From a virus: a stretch of 49,747 bases of DNA. The notes beneath the pieces are model-generated. The model saw only the letters and a program-made list of their open reading frames with translations, ran no database searches and was not told where the DNA came from. Shown here in pieces: positions 8,658 to 16,048 of this stretch. The stretch lies in the IMG/VR virus record IMGVR_UViG_3300000032_000001; one strand, given 5' to 3'. The position numbers and the translations under genes were made by a program. The first letter of the stretch is position 1, and each line of letters starts with the position of its first letter.

Positions 8658-9876
8658 TCAGTGCCATTTTTTCGTTTGGTCCTACCCAGACGGTATGCTC
8701 AGGTGTGGCTGTGATACCGTCCCATTCGATAACGTCTTTTTCTCCACTGAATACTACTCCGTTATGATTAACCCATGTGCTACCGTCCCAAACTTTATCG
8801 GTTATTAGAACTCTTTCGATCGGTTTATCACATATTACGCTCTCCTTAGTTCTCACCCTGACTAAGGACCCCTCAGCTATACACCACCTTCCCGTTCTGT
8901 TAGCCCCATAAAACTGCATTGTTCCCCGGATCCTGTTGTCCATGCAGTGCGCCCGGTCCATGGCTTCATATTTTTTAACTGAAGTCCTTGACATCTCCTG
9001 GCGAAGCTCCAGTACCCGTTTGACCGTTGCGCTCTCCGTCTGCTTCAGCAGTTCCGGAACGGATTCTTTATTGAGGCTTTCAACCTCCAGCCCGTCAGTC
9101 TCAAGCAGCCAGGCTTTCAGCTGTGAAACGCTTTTGGGATTGTCCAGACCAGTTAGCTTGATTGCTTCTTCAGTCCGCCGCTGCTGGTAGGCCGTGTCAC
9201 ATGCTATCGCATTTTTGACCAGGTCAAGGTCAATGAGCACGCCCCTGTCGTTAATGGCCTGGTCCAGGTTCCAGAGCTTCTGTTCAAACGCTGAAATAGG
9301 ATGGCGGAGAAGCTTTTCCCGGATGGTTCTTTCAACTACGACATCCTGCCGGCAATATTCCTTGAACTGCTCCCACTTCTCGGGTGCGTGTTCGGGTAGA
9401 TTCCTGGTCCGTTGACCGTTAGTTTTGGAAGGTTTGCATGGGACAGAGAAATACCGGATTAAGGCTTTGCCGGCAGCGTCTTTTTGCTGCTGGAGCTTCA
9501 GGGCTTTTGCCACGTCTTCCAGGCGCATCGGCAGTCCCAGGGTCAGGGCGTGAACCTGGGTGCAGCGCCAGTTGGTTGGAGGGATGAAATCCATTTGGCA
9601 TTGGTTTAAACGAAACTCGAAATATTTTGATAAGCATACTCTTTCAAAATTGGCATTGAAGGCGGTCTTAACGATATTTGGATTGAGTATTGCATCTTGT
9701 AAATGGATAGGCAGCCTTTTACCACCGGTCAGGTCTATTACTTTTACCGGCTCGTCATTAGAGGCATATCCGAAAAGCAATATTTCAAAATCCGGGGCTT
9801 CGGTGTAAGCATAGACACCGCATTTTTTGAGGTCTACGCTGCTGTATGTTTCCAAGTCGATTGATAGAGTAATCAT
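8599..9876 (-). CDS. Family A DNA polymerase, N-terminal half (3'-5' exonuclease) fused to the N-intein
   Basis: ExoI motif SIDLETYS. The sequence stays polymerase-like up to FYGANRTGRW and is followed by a Hint-like tail and a stop. Confidence 0.85.
   Translation of the reverse strand: MITLSIDLETYSSVDLKKCGVYAYTEAPDFEILLFGYASNDEPVKVIDLTGGKRLPIHLQDAILNPNIVKTAFNANFERVCLSKYFEFRLNQCQMDFIPPTNWRCTQVHALTLGLPMRLEDVAKALKLQQQKDAAGKALIRYFSVPCKPSKTNGQRTRNLPEHAPEKWEQFKEYCRQDVVVERTIREKLLRHPISAFEQKLWNLDQAINDRGVLIDLDLVKNAIACDTAYQQRRTEEAIKLTGLDNPKSVSQLKAWLLETDGLEVESLNKESVPELLKQTESATVKRVLELRQEMSRTSVKKYEAMDRAHCMDNRIRGTMQFYGANRTGRWCIAEGSLVRVRTKESVICDKPIERVLITDKVWDGSTWVNHNGVVFSGEKDVIEWDGITATPEHTVWVGPNEKMALSDARKHERKLWCGDNVRDI
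8602..8883 (-). other. Split-intein N-fragment (IntN, 94 aa) starting at Cys332 of ORF 8599..9876
   Basis: Block A CIAEGSLVRV and block B GITATPEHTVW. It follows the polymerase sequence ...GANRTGRW. The Cys codon is at 8881..8883. Confidence 0.75.
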
Positions 9877-9881
9877 TTTCC

Positions 9882-10136
9882 TTACCCCAGCATTTCTTCT
9901 AATTCTCTGTCCCGCTCACGCTGCAGGCGCCGCTTATGCCCTTCGACATCGACCTTCTGGACGATCCAGCTAGTCACTTTGGTCGAGGTCTCGATAAACG
10001 CAACTGCCTTGCCTACGCTGTAACCTCTGACGGTATCACAGACAACCGGATCCCCTACTTGGAGTTCTAGGTCAGTAAAGAAGTCGTAGAGAACTTCCGT
10101 GTTGCCGGCGAAAGAAATTTGTACAATCTTGTTCAA
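9882..10136 (-). CDS. Hypothetical protein
   Basis: 84-aa co-oriented ORF tightly packed against the polymerase gene. Confidence 0.55.
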   Translation of the reverse strand: MNKIVQISFAGNTEVLYDFFTDLELQVGDPVVCDTVRGYSVGKAVAFIETSTKVTSWIVQKVDVEGHKRRLQRERDRELEEMLG

Positions 10137-10140
10137 CTTT

Positions 10141-10425
10141 TCACCTTCTATCAGCCTTCTTTATTGCGTTAGCTTCCCAGTAGGCTAAAAGCTCAGGCAG
10201 ATCTCTGTTTATGAAGGGCAGAGTGCTTGTAAAATCCTCTGTACTTTTAAGTTCAGGCACTTCGTGAATACGGATATAAGACCTGCTCCAAAGGCTTGAT
10301 CCTCGCAGTTCTTCCATGCGCATTTCATCATCGTAGTATTTCTGAATCAGCTTTTTATTTTGCTCAGCTAATTCCTCAGTAGCTGCCACCGCTATGGGAA
10401 AATCGTTTCTGCAAATTACGTACAT
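10141..10425 (-). CDS. Hypothetical protein
   Basis: 94-aa co-oriented ORF. Confidence 0.55.
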   Translation of the reverse strand: MYVICRNDFPIAVAATEELAEQNKKLIQKYYDDEMRMEELRGSSLWSRSYIRIHEVPELKSTEDFTSTLPFINRDLPELLAYWEANAIKKADRR

Positions 10426-10446
10426 TCAGATCCCCTTCCGTCTATT

Positions 10447-10478
10447 AGCGGGGGCGGGTAATAAGCTACCCGCCCGCT
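10447..10478. terminator. GC-rich hairpin (terminator-like) between the DUF2815 gene and the next gene
   Basis: AGCGGGGGCGGGTA-ataagc-TACCCGCCCGCT. The T-rich tail is on the plus strand only, so its function on the minus-strand transcript is uncertain. Confidence 0.35.
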
Positions 10479-10488
10479 ATTATTTTAT

Positions 10489-11088
10489 TTATCCCAGGAA
10501 ATCGTCTTCCTCGGCAACCTCGTCGAAGTCATCTTCCGGCCTGGTGCGTCCACTTAAAGATTCCCCGTCAGCAAGCTTCTGGACGTTATTCAACCCGCAA
10601 CCAATGCCTTTGTTTCCAGCCTGGTTGAAAGCAAAGAAGTTAATACTGGCCCGGCCGTAGCAGCCTGAGTAAACTTCTGTCTGGTCAAGGATCTCATTGA
10701 CGTTCTTGTCCACAATGCCGGGCTTCTGTTTGGAACTTGCATTCAAGAAATAATGTCCGGCGTATTCCGGCTGATCAGGTCTGTCCACATCTCCGTCACG
10801 TAAAGGCAGTTTCAAATTTGGGGGCAGTTTATTTCCCCACAGGCTCAATCCTGCCTGTTTGGCAGCGTCAACTGCGGCTTTGACCTTGCGCAGTGTTTCT
10901 TTATCACTCTTCGGGATCAGGATACACACCGAATACTTCGGCTCCTGGCCCTCTATAATTGCTTTAGGCTGGAACAGGTGCGCATAACTAAACCGTACTT
11001 TTCCAGTCACTACTTTGGTATCCGGAGTTTTCGTTTGCGCTTGGGTAGCCAGAGTCATATATTTTATTTCCTCCTTTTTATAGGGCAT
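10489..11088 (-). CDS. DUF2815-family phage ssDNA-binding-like protein
   Basis: 199 aa. GKVRFSYAHLFQPKA...YSVCILIPKSDKETL...LPLRDGD...INFFAFN...GIGCGLNNVQ is typical of DUF2815 next to DUF2800 and PolA. Confidence 0.8.
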   Translation of the reverse strand: MPYKKEEIKYMTLATQAQTKTPDTKVVTGKVRFSYAHLFQPKAIIEGQEPKYSVCILIPKSDKETLRKVKAAVDAAKQAGLSLWGNKLPPNLKLPLRDGDVDRPDQPEYAGHYFLNASSKQKPGIVDKNVNEILDQTEVYSGCYGRASINFFAFNQAGNKGIGCGLNNVQKLADGESLSGRTRPEDDFDEVAEEDDFLG

Positions 11089-11100
11089 TAATTTGCCTCC

Positions 11101-11658
11101 TTAATTTAAGACGTTGAAGTCTTCCGCTGCCGAAGCGACCGACTGTATCTCCGGACGCTTGTCCGATTCCGGAACAAGGGTCGGTTTACCGGCAGGTTTG
11201 ATAACTAACTCGCTGAGCAGTTCGCCAAAAGGCTTCCTGCCGATTGACTTTTCCATAGCAGTGATACCGAAGATCACTTTTGGAGCGTATATCTTTTCTT
11301 CCGGATATTCGGCTGCCGTTAATACCTTGGCTACGGCTCCCTCATCGATGTATTTTCGGTTACTCCTGCCTTCGACCAGCTTCCATCCGGGCCATTTCTT
11401 TCCGTGATTTTCAGCCTGGTTGAGAGCGTAGGCCTGGACATCAGCCGCCCACTTCTGCAGTTCATCCGCCCGGGTCAGTATGTCTGCAATCTCATCATCC
11501 GATAATAAAGGCGGCTGCTGGAAATCGTACTTGGCGAGCTCAAGGTTGCTTTCCGCCCTGGCTCTGCAGGTCTGCCGGGCTCTGCAAAAGCGGCAGTGCT
11601 CACCTGCACAGAATTGGCCGTTTGCCGAAGAACGCCTGCGATGCACGGGGTTCGACAT
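11101..11658 (-). CDS. DUF2800-family PD-(D/E)XK nuclease, C-terminal fragment (frameshifted)
   Basis: Cys cluster FCAGEHCRFCRARQTC. It overlaps the N-terminal fragment in another frame around 11600..11658. Confidence 0.7.
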   Translation of the reverse strand: MSNPVHRRRSSANGQFCAGEHCRFCRARQTCRARAESNLELAKYDFQQPPLLSDDEIADILTRADELQKWAADVQAYALNQAENHGKKWPGWKLVEGRSNRKYIDEGAVAKVLTAAEYPEEKIYAPKVIFGITAMEKSIGRKPFGELLSELVIKPAGKPTLVPESDKRPEIQSVASAAEDFNVLN

Positions 11659-12274
11659 ATTCCTGCGCCCAGGTCAGGAGCTCTTCAACTGTCATTTCTT
11701 CAGTCGATATACTGTCAAGGCGGGGTTGGACGATGGTCATCCTGACTTTGGAAAAGTCGTACAGCATGTTGAAGGTGGATATAGCGCCCAGGCCGTAAAG
11801 CCGGGTCTGTGGGTTTTCTGTAGCTGAGACGGGCACCCCTTTACCATACTTGAGATCTATGACCTCCAGGGTGTCGTCGGAGATAATCACAACGTCCCCG
11901 GTACCGAACCCGAACGGTACCCATTTGGAGAAGTCTAATTTCTGTTCCAATAAAATCAGGCTGTCGGGGCAGCCGTTTACCGCATCCACGAACCGTTCTG
12001 ATATAACGGCCGTGTAGCTCTCCAAGTAATCTTCCATGTCGGCCGCGTACAACGGATCTGCCTGAAAGCTTGCAAGTCTCTTAGTATAAACACCGGGTTT
12101 AATTTCTCTGAGCAGAAAGCGCCTAAGCTTCAGTTCTGCTATCGCGTGAGCGAGTGTACCTTCCGAGGCGTAACTGCTTGTCTCTTCCGGAAATTCCTGC
12201 TCAAGCCTTGCGCTTGGCGGGCAGGAAAGCCACTTGTGTGATGCCGAGGCTGCCAGAATTGCATGATCGGCCAT
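11600..12274 (-). CDS. DUF2800-family PD-(D/E)XK nuclease, N-terminal fragment (frameshifted)
   Basis: LAASASHKWLSCPPSARLE...EGTLAHAIAE...IDLKYGKGV. The frame is lost near GGCAAACGG at about 11610..11625. Confidence 0.75.
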   Translation of the reverse strand: MADHAILAASASHKWLSCPPSARLEQEFPEETSSYASEGTLAHAIAELKLRRFLLREIKPGVYTKRLASFQADPLYAADMEDYLESYTAVISERFVDAVNGCPDSLILLEQKLDFSKWVPFGFGTGDVVIISDDTLEVIDLKYGKGVPVSATENPQTRLYGLGAISTFNMLYDFSKVRMTIVQPRLDSISTEEMTVEELLTWAQEYVEPRASQAFFGKRPILCR

Positions 12275-12276
12275 GA

Positions 12277-12675
12277 TTAAAGCTCCTCTGCCTTAACAAG
12301 TAATTCAGCGTATTTTTCAGCCGGGATCTCGGTCAGCTTGGTTGCCCCGAGGTCGGTAATCAGCTTCTTAACCTGAGCTTGCTTGCCTGCCTGGGATAGA
12401 GGCGTTAGTTTAGCCCGGACCTGTTCAAGAGTAATATTGGTTTCAAAAGGCGGGTCCTCGGTTACGGGTTCTGCCGGTTCGGTATTATTTTCCTGCACGG
12501 TCTTAACCTCTTCGTTTGTGGCAACGACGGTGTTCTGCTCTTCAGAGACTGACTTTGTGCAGCAGGCAGAAACGGCGGCCGCGTTTGTCTTCATAGATAA
12601 TAAAGAGGCGGCCAGGACTCCTATGGCATTCGATAATTCAGGGGCGTTCACATTGACGTTGACGGTAAGATCCAT
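12277..12675 (-). CDS. Hypothetical protein
   Basis: 132-aa co-oriented ORF. Confidence 0.55.
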   Translation of the reverse strand: MDLTVNVNVNAPELSNAIGVLAASLLSMKTNAAAVSACCTKSVSEEQNTVVATNEEVKTVQENNTEPAEPVTEDPPFETNITLEQVRAKLTPLSQAGKQAQVKKLITDLGATKLTEIPAEKYAELLVKAEEL

Positions 12676-12754
12676 TTATTTTTCACTCCGTTTTCTTTAT
12701 AATTTTATTGAGTGTTTTTAATTTCCCGGGTGAACTATTGCCCGGGGTTCTTTT

Positions 12755-12943
12755 TTAGGCTTTCTGGAACACATTCAAACCGATTTTGATACCAGGTGTT
12801 CCCGGTATTTCTGCGTTTCCTTCCGATGATGCAATGATTATAGATTTGCCGGATGAAGAAACACCAAAGTTTTTTGTCAGTTTAACTTTGATCGTCAGCA
12901 TATTCCCGTCCAGCTGCATGTCTACGTTCTTGATAAGTGACAC
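12755..12943 (-). CDS. Hypothetical small protein
   Basis: 62-aa co-oriented ORF. Confidence 0.45.
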   Translation of the reverse strand: MSLIKNVDMQLDGNMLTIKVKLTKNFGVSSSGKSIIIASSEGNAEIPGTPGIKIGLNVFQKA

Positions 12944-12959
12944 CTCCTTTCTCTGATAT

Positions 12960-13202
12960 TTAATTTACGTTTTGTTTTCTCAGCTCTGGCCGCCGTTTCT
13001 CAAGCCGCCTGAGATGCCTGTCCCCTCTGTTTTCCTTGTTTGGCTTCCGAAGCTCATTCCAGAAAGTGCGCCAGTATTGCCTTCTTTCGTGCCGGTTTGT
13101 ACCTTCCATAAAGCCCCGTCTGTTTTTCCAGATACCTTTCCAAATACGACGCTTCATTTTACGGGGTTCGTTTCTGGCCTTTTTTAAGGCTGTTGTTTTC
13201 AT
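12960..13202 (-). CDS. Hypothetical, extremely basic small protein
   Basis: 80 aa, Arg/Lys-rich. It starts just after a strong terminator hairpin and has a weak RBS (aggacggtgaaat ATG). Confidence 0.4.
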   Translation of the reverse strand: MKTTALKKARNEPRKMKRRIWKGIWKNRRGFMEGTNRHERRQYWRTFWNELRKPNKENRGDRHLRRLEKRRPELRKQNVN

Positions 13203-13215
13203 ATTTCACCGTCCT

Positions 13216-13265
13216 AAAAAGATTTTCCGGGGCCGGGCCTGCTGGCCGCTCATATACGGCCCCGG
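13216..13265 (-). terminator. Rho-independent terminator
   Basis: On the minus strand, CCGGGGCCG...CGGCCCCGG forms a 9-bp GC stem followed by AAAATCTTTTT. It lies directly after the stop of 13286..13531. Confidence 0.6.
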
Positions 13266-13285
13266 TACGAGAAAGAGAGAGGAAG

Positions 13286-13531
13286 TTAGGTTGTTGGTCT
13301 CATTGTTTCACCAATTACAAATACACGCTTTGGCTTTGCCTGTTCAATCCAGTGTTGTATAATGTCAAGTTCTTTTTGTGCTTGTTCCTTCGTTGCAAAA
13401 TCACCTAAAGGCCAGAAGTCATCATTTGTTATTTGCGAGGCTGTCGTGCCGCGTAATTTGTTTTCCGATACCCATATAGCATTTAATTCCAGTAAATTAC
13501 GTTTGTTTTGTGTCCTGACCCATATTGCCAT
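13286..13531 (-). CDS. Hypothetical protein (overlaps the end of the PAPS-reductase-like gene)
   Basis: 81-aa ORF with a 49-nt overlap with the upstream ORF. I cannot exclude that part of it is a frameshifted continuation of that gene. Confidence 0.4.
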   Translation of the reverse strand: MAIWVRTQNKRNLLELNAIWVSENKLRGTTASQITNDDFWPLGDFATKEQAQKELDIIQHWIEQAKPKRVFVIGETMRPTT

Positions 13532-14208
13532 ATATTACCCTTACCTTTCTTTGAAAAGGTTTCCGGGACCCGGTTTCCACCCTCGGAAGCCATTAATCCT
13601 AGATAAGGGCTTAGTCCATTTTGTTTCGCAAAGTCATCAGCAGGCTTCTCTTTCATCCAGTAGCAGCACCTGTCAGACACTTTAAAAGGGGCTATTGCAC
13701 ATTCCAAATCAGGCCTGTGCTTGTTGTTATATAGCCCGCCGAAAAGCTTCAGCCATTTATCAGGCAACTTGATTTTGTCGCTATGCTTGTACTTGCCCTG
13801 GGCTCCCATATCGCCGGTAAAGAGAGCGTGAATATAGGTTTGTTTCGGGTTGTCAGGCTTTTGCAAGTGCTCAATTTTTCGGGCTTTCATCTTACTAATA
13901 ACTGGATACCCGAATTCTTTTATAATTTGTACTTTGCTTTTATATGGCGTTAGGAAAACCATGTTTTCCATTTGCCGATGTATACGCTGAATGCTTCTGT
14001 CTTCAAGGGCTGAGACTGAAACGCCAGGAATCTTTTTATTGGTGTATCTGCGCAGAAAGTGCAGGAGTGTGATGCTATCTAACCCGCCAACTGAGCAACA
14101 AACATCTCCTTGCAATCTATTGTAAAATTCCCAGGCCTTTTGTTCGGCGTGAGCAATTTTTTCATCATATGGCAGACTTTGCTTCTGTTCAAATTCCCAG
14201 GGTTTCAT
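13483..14208 (-). CDS. Phosphoadenosine phosphosulfate (PAPS) reductase-family protein
   Basis: 241 aa. PP-loop-like CCSVGGLDSITLL, CCYWMKEKP, and GLMASEGGNR (ES..R motif). The C-terminus looks short for the family. Confidence 0.65.
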   Translation of the reverse strand: MKPWEFEQKQSLPYDEKIAHAEQKAWEFYNRLQGDVCCSVGGLDSITLLHFLRRYTNKKIPGVSVSALEDRSIQRIHRQMENMVFLTPYKSKVQIIKEFGYPVISKMKARKIEHLQKPDNPKQTYIHALFTGDMGAQGKYKHSDKIKLPDKWLKLFGGLYNNKHRPDLECAIAPFKVSDRCCYWMKEKPADDFAKQNGLSPYLGLMASEGGNRVPETFSKKGKGNIWQYGSGHKTNVIYWN

Positions 14209-14288
14209 GATTGATTCAAATACCTTTCTGTGTTATATTTGCTTTAACCGATTTTCCTTTCGGGCCGCTCTTGCCAGCGGCTTTTCAT

Positions 14289-14444
14289 TTAATCCAACCC
14301 GCCCAACTTAAAAATAGCCCAGGCTGCGATAGTACCGGCAATGGTCATCACAAGCCCTGAAGTAAGCACCTTTAATATTCTGTGATTAATCCGGTCTATC
14401 CGCTCATCCATCACCGCCCTTACTTGAGCATCGGTCAACCTCAT
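14289..14444 (-). CDS. Small membrane protein (51 aa, below the ORF-track cutoff)
   Basis: My own translation is MRLTDAQVRAVMDERIDRINHRILKVLTSGLVMTIAGTIAAWAIFKLGGLD. An AAGGAG RBS lies 7 nt upstream and there is one hydrophobic helix. Confidence 0.4.
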   Translation of the reverse strand: MRLTDAQVRAVMDERIDRINHRILKVLTSGLVMTIAGTIAAWAIFKLGGLD

Positions 14445-14450
14445 TGTTGG

Positions 14451-14639
14451 TCAGCTCCTTTCTGCTTTGGCCAGTGCTTTTCTGGCTGCTTCTAAAGCAG
14501 TGCAGAGATCACAGGCTCCTTCTGTTGATTCGCAGGTACAACAAAAATTCTCAATTACTTCATCAAAATCAATTAGTCCGAATAATGCTTCATACATATC
14601 TTGAGACGCAGCGATAAGATGTGATTGTGTCGGTTTCAA
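14451..14639 (-). CDS. Hypothetical small Cys-containing protein
   Basis: 62-aa co-oriented ORF. Confidence 0.5.
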   Translation of the reverse strand: MKPTQSHLIAASQDMYEALFGLIDFDEVIENFCCTCESTEGACDLCTALEAARKALAKAERS

Positions 14640-14777
14640 TTACCCTACCTCCTCAAGTCGCCAGGTAAATGTACTGGCCCAGCTTGTACAGCCTTGGAAA
14701 AATCCTCATGATAAACTCAAGCAGCTTGTTTTCGCTGTCACCGTCGAAGCACCTGGCCCGGCCTTTGTGGATGACGA

Positions 14778-14981
14778 TTACGCTTGACAACTATGTTCCC
14801 TCCTTTCCCTCTCCTGCAGTACCTGTGCCCTGATTGCCCTGCGCCCCGGCATTGAGTGCCGAAGTATAGCCTGCTGTAACTGATCAATCTCAGCCTCACA
14901 CGCTGGGCAGTTGCCCTCTGCGACGTGTCCGCAGGCCGTGCGGGGCTTGTACAGGCGGGGCGCATATTGTGAGTAGGCCAT
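14778..14981 (-). CDS. Hypothetical small protein with CxxxxxxCxxC
   Basis: 67 aa. An AGGAG RBS (agaaaggagacaacctaATG) favours this frame over the overlapping 14738..14965 ORF. Confidence 0.5.
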   Translation of the reverse strand: MAYSQYAPRLYKPRTACGHVAEGNCPACEAEIDQLQQAILRHSMPGRRAIRAQVLQERERREHSCQA

Positions 14982-15072
14982 TAGGTTGTCTCCTTTCTGG
15001 TAGGGTTTTCCTCCCCTCCTGTCGAATAAGTAATTGTCCAGATTACCAATTCGAGGAAGGGAGGTGTAGTTG

Positions 15073-15252
15073 TGTCTGATAAAACTAACAAAGAACTAAC
15101 TGTTGAATTAACGAGCGCTTATATTCAAGCTTGGTCTAGTAATGGCCACGTATCACCGCTTTGCAAAGAAGAATGCGTCGAGATCCTGCATTGTTTTAAA
15201 GATGCGATTGATGCTATTGATGACTTTGATCGGGAGAAAAAGACTTAATAAG
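15073..15252 (+). CDS. Hypothetical small protein on the plus strand (59 aa, GTG start)
   Basis: My own translation is VSDKTNKELTVELTSAYIQAWSSNGHVSPLCKEECVEILHCFKDAIDAIDDFDREKKT. An AAGGGAGGTG RBS lies 6 nt upstream. Confidence 0.4.
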
Positions 15253-15387
15253 GTGACGCATTCCATTTCTCAGTCCTACAACCTCCGGCAGTATTTCAAT
15301 CTCCTTGTCGGAGGTTGCGCCTCCTTTTAGCACCCTAAGCGCAAATTCTATTAAGGCATCAAATAGTTCCTTGTCCTGTTCGCTCAC
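15214..15387 (-). CDS. Hypothetical small protein (57 aa, GTG start), convergent with and overlapping 15073..15252
   Basis: My own translation is VSEQDKELFDALIEFALRVLKGGATSDKEIEILPEVVGLRNG... A GGAAAGGAGGTG RBS lies 6 nt upstream. Confidence 0.4.
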   Translation of the reverse strand: MSEQDKELFDALIEFALRVLKGGATSDKEIEILPEVVGLRNGMRHLIKSFSPDQSHQ

Positions 15388-15422
15388 CGCTTACACCTCC
15401 TTTCCTGGTTGATTAACTGGCC

Positions 15423-15659
15423 TTAGCCCGCCGTGCTAAAGGTCAGCGGCTGACCTGTCATATAGCGAATGAACCTCTCCGTATTAATGTAGTAAGCCCA
15501 TTCAGTCATTTCAATCCCGCATCCAAATGGAAAGCAGCCATGCTGCAGCCCCATTTGTAAAAAGCGGGGTGTTACATCCATCATTGCCGCCGCCTCAGTA
15601 ATCTTTAACTTTGCTGGGCGGTCATCCTCATACATATTAATAAGTTCTTGAAATGTCAT
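15423..15659 (-). CDS. Small HTH DNA-binding protein (early regulator or excisionase-like)
   Basis: 78 aa. KITEAAAMMDVTPRFLQMGLQHG is a helix-turn-helix-like segment. It is the second gene of the Cro operon. Confidence 0.5.
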   Translation of the reverse strand: MTFQELINMYEDDRPAKLKITEAAAMMDVTPRFLQMGLQHGCFPFGCGIEMTEWAYYINTERFIRYMTGQPLTFSTAG

Positions 15660-15673
15660 GGGCCTACACCTCC

Positions 15674-15883
15674 CTAGGCTGATTTTTCAACCGCTTCAAA
15701 AAGATATTCCAAAGTCATGCCAGGAAAGAATTTGTTTCTGATATTGACCATATCTGCCCTTGTAAATTCTGTCTTGCCACTCATTTTGTTGTTAAACGAT
15801 TCCTTTGTTATTCCGATTGCCCCAGCAATATCTAGGCTTTTTAAATTATTACGGGCCATTTCTGCTTTCAGATTTCTAAACAT
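15674..15883 (-). CDS. cro: Cro-like XRE-family repressor
   Basis: 69 aa. LKSLDIAGAIGITKESFNNKMSG is an HTH. The gene is divergent from the CI-like gene across an operator-rich intergenic region. Confidence 0.75.
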   Translation of the reverse strand: MFRNLKAEMARNNLKSLDIAGAIGITKESFNNKMSGKTEFTRADMVNIRNKFFPGMTLEYLFEAVEKSA

Positions 15884-15911
15884 TTTTGCCTCACCAGCCT
15901 TTTTGTATATA

Positions 15912-15927
15912 TTACCCTGCGGGGTAA
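15912..15927. promoter_or_regulatory. Operator O1: TTACCCTGCGGGGTAA (palindrome TTACCC-N4-GGGTAA)
   Basis: Perfect 6+6 inverted repeat in the cro leader. Confidence 0.7.
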
Positions 15928-15937
15928 CTTTAATACG

Positions 15938-15966
15938 ATAATATACCCTGAGGGGTAACGTGTCAA
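15938..15966 (-). promoter_or_regulatory. PR-like promoter for cro: TTGACA-17 nt-TATTAT
   Basis: The -35 box is at 15961..15966 and the -10 box at 15938..15943 on the minus strand. Operator O2 occupies the spacer. Confidence 0.65.
15943..15958. promoter_or_regulatory. Operator O2: ATACCCTGAGGGGTAA
   Basis: Second copy of the palindrome, located inside the PR spacer. Confidence 0.65.
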
Positions 15967-15983
15967 TATGTTTATGAAAAAAA

Positions 15984-15999
15984 TTACCCTGTAAAGTAA
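15984..15999. promoter_or_regulatory. Operator O3: TTACCCTGTAAAGTAA (degenerate right half)
   Basis: Third copy of the palindrome, nearest the CI-like gene. Confidence 0.55.
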
Positions 16000-16048
16000 A
16001 ATTTTATTTCTTTTTCTGCTTTTTATGGTTATAATTATTTAAGGGAGA

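Noticed and set aside
12725-12750. The CCCGGG-N10-CCCGGG hairpin with a T run, considered as a terminator for gene 12755..12943.
   Set aside because: The T tract is on the plus strand, while the gene is on the minus strand, where the hairpin is followed by an A-rich sequence. The evidence is too weak to annotate.
14738-14965. A 75-aa ORF overlapping 14778..14981 in another frame.
   Set aside because: It is Arg/Pro-rich and has no RBS. The 67-aa frame has an AGGAG RBS and a CxxC-type motif.
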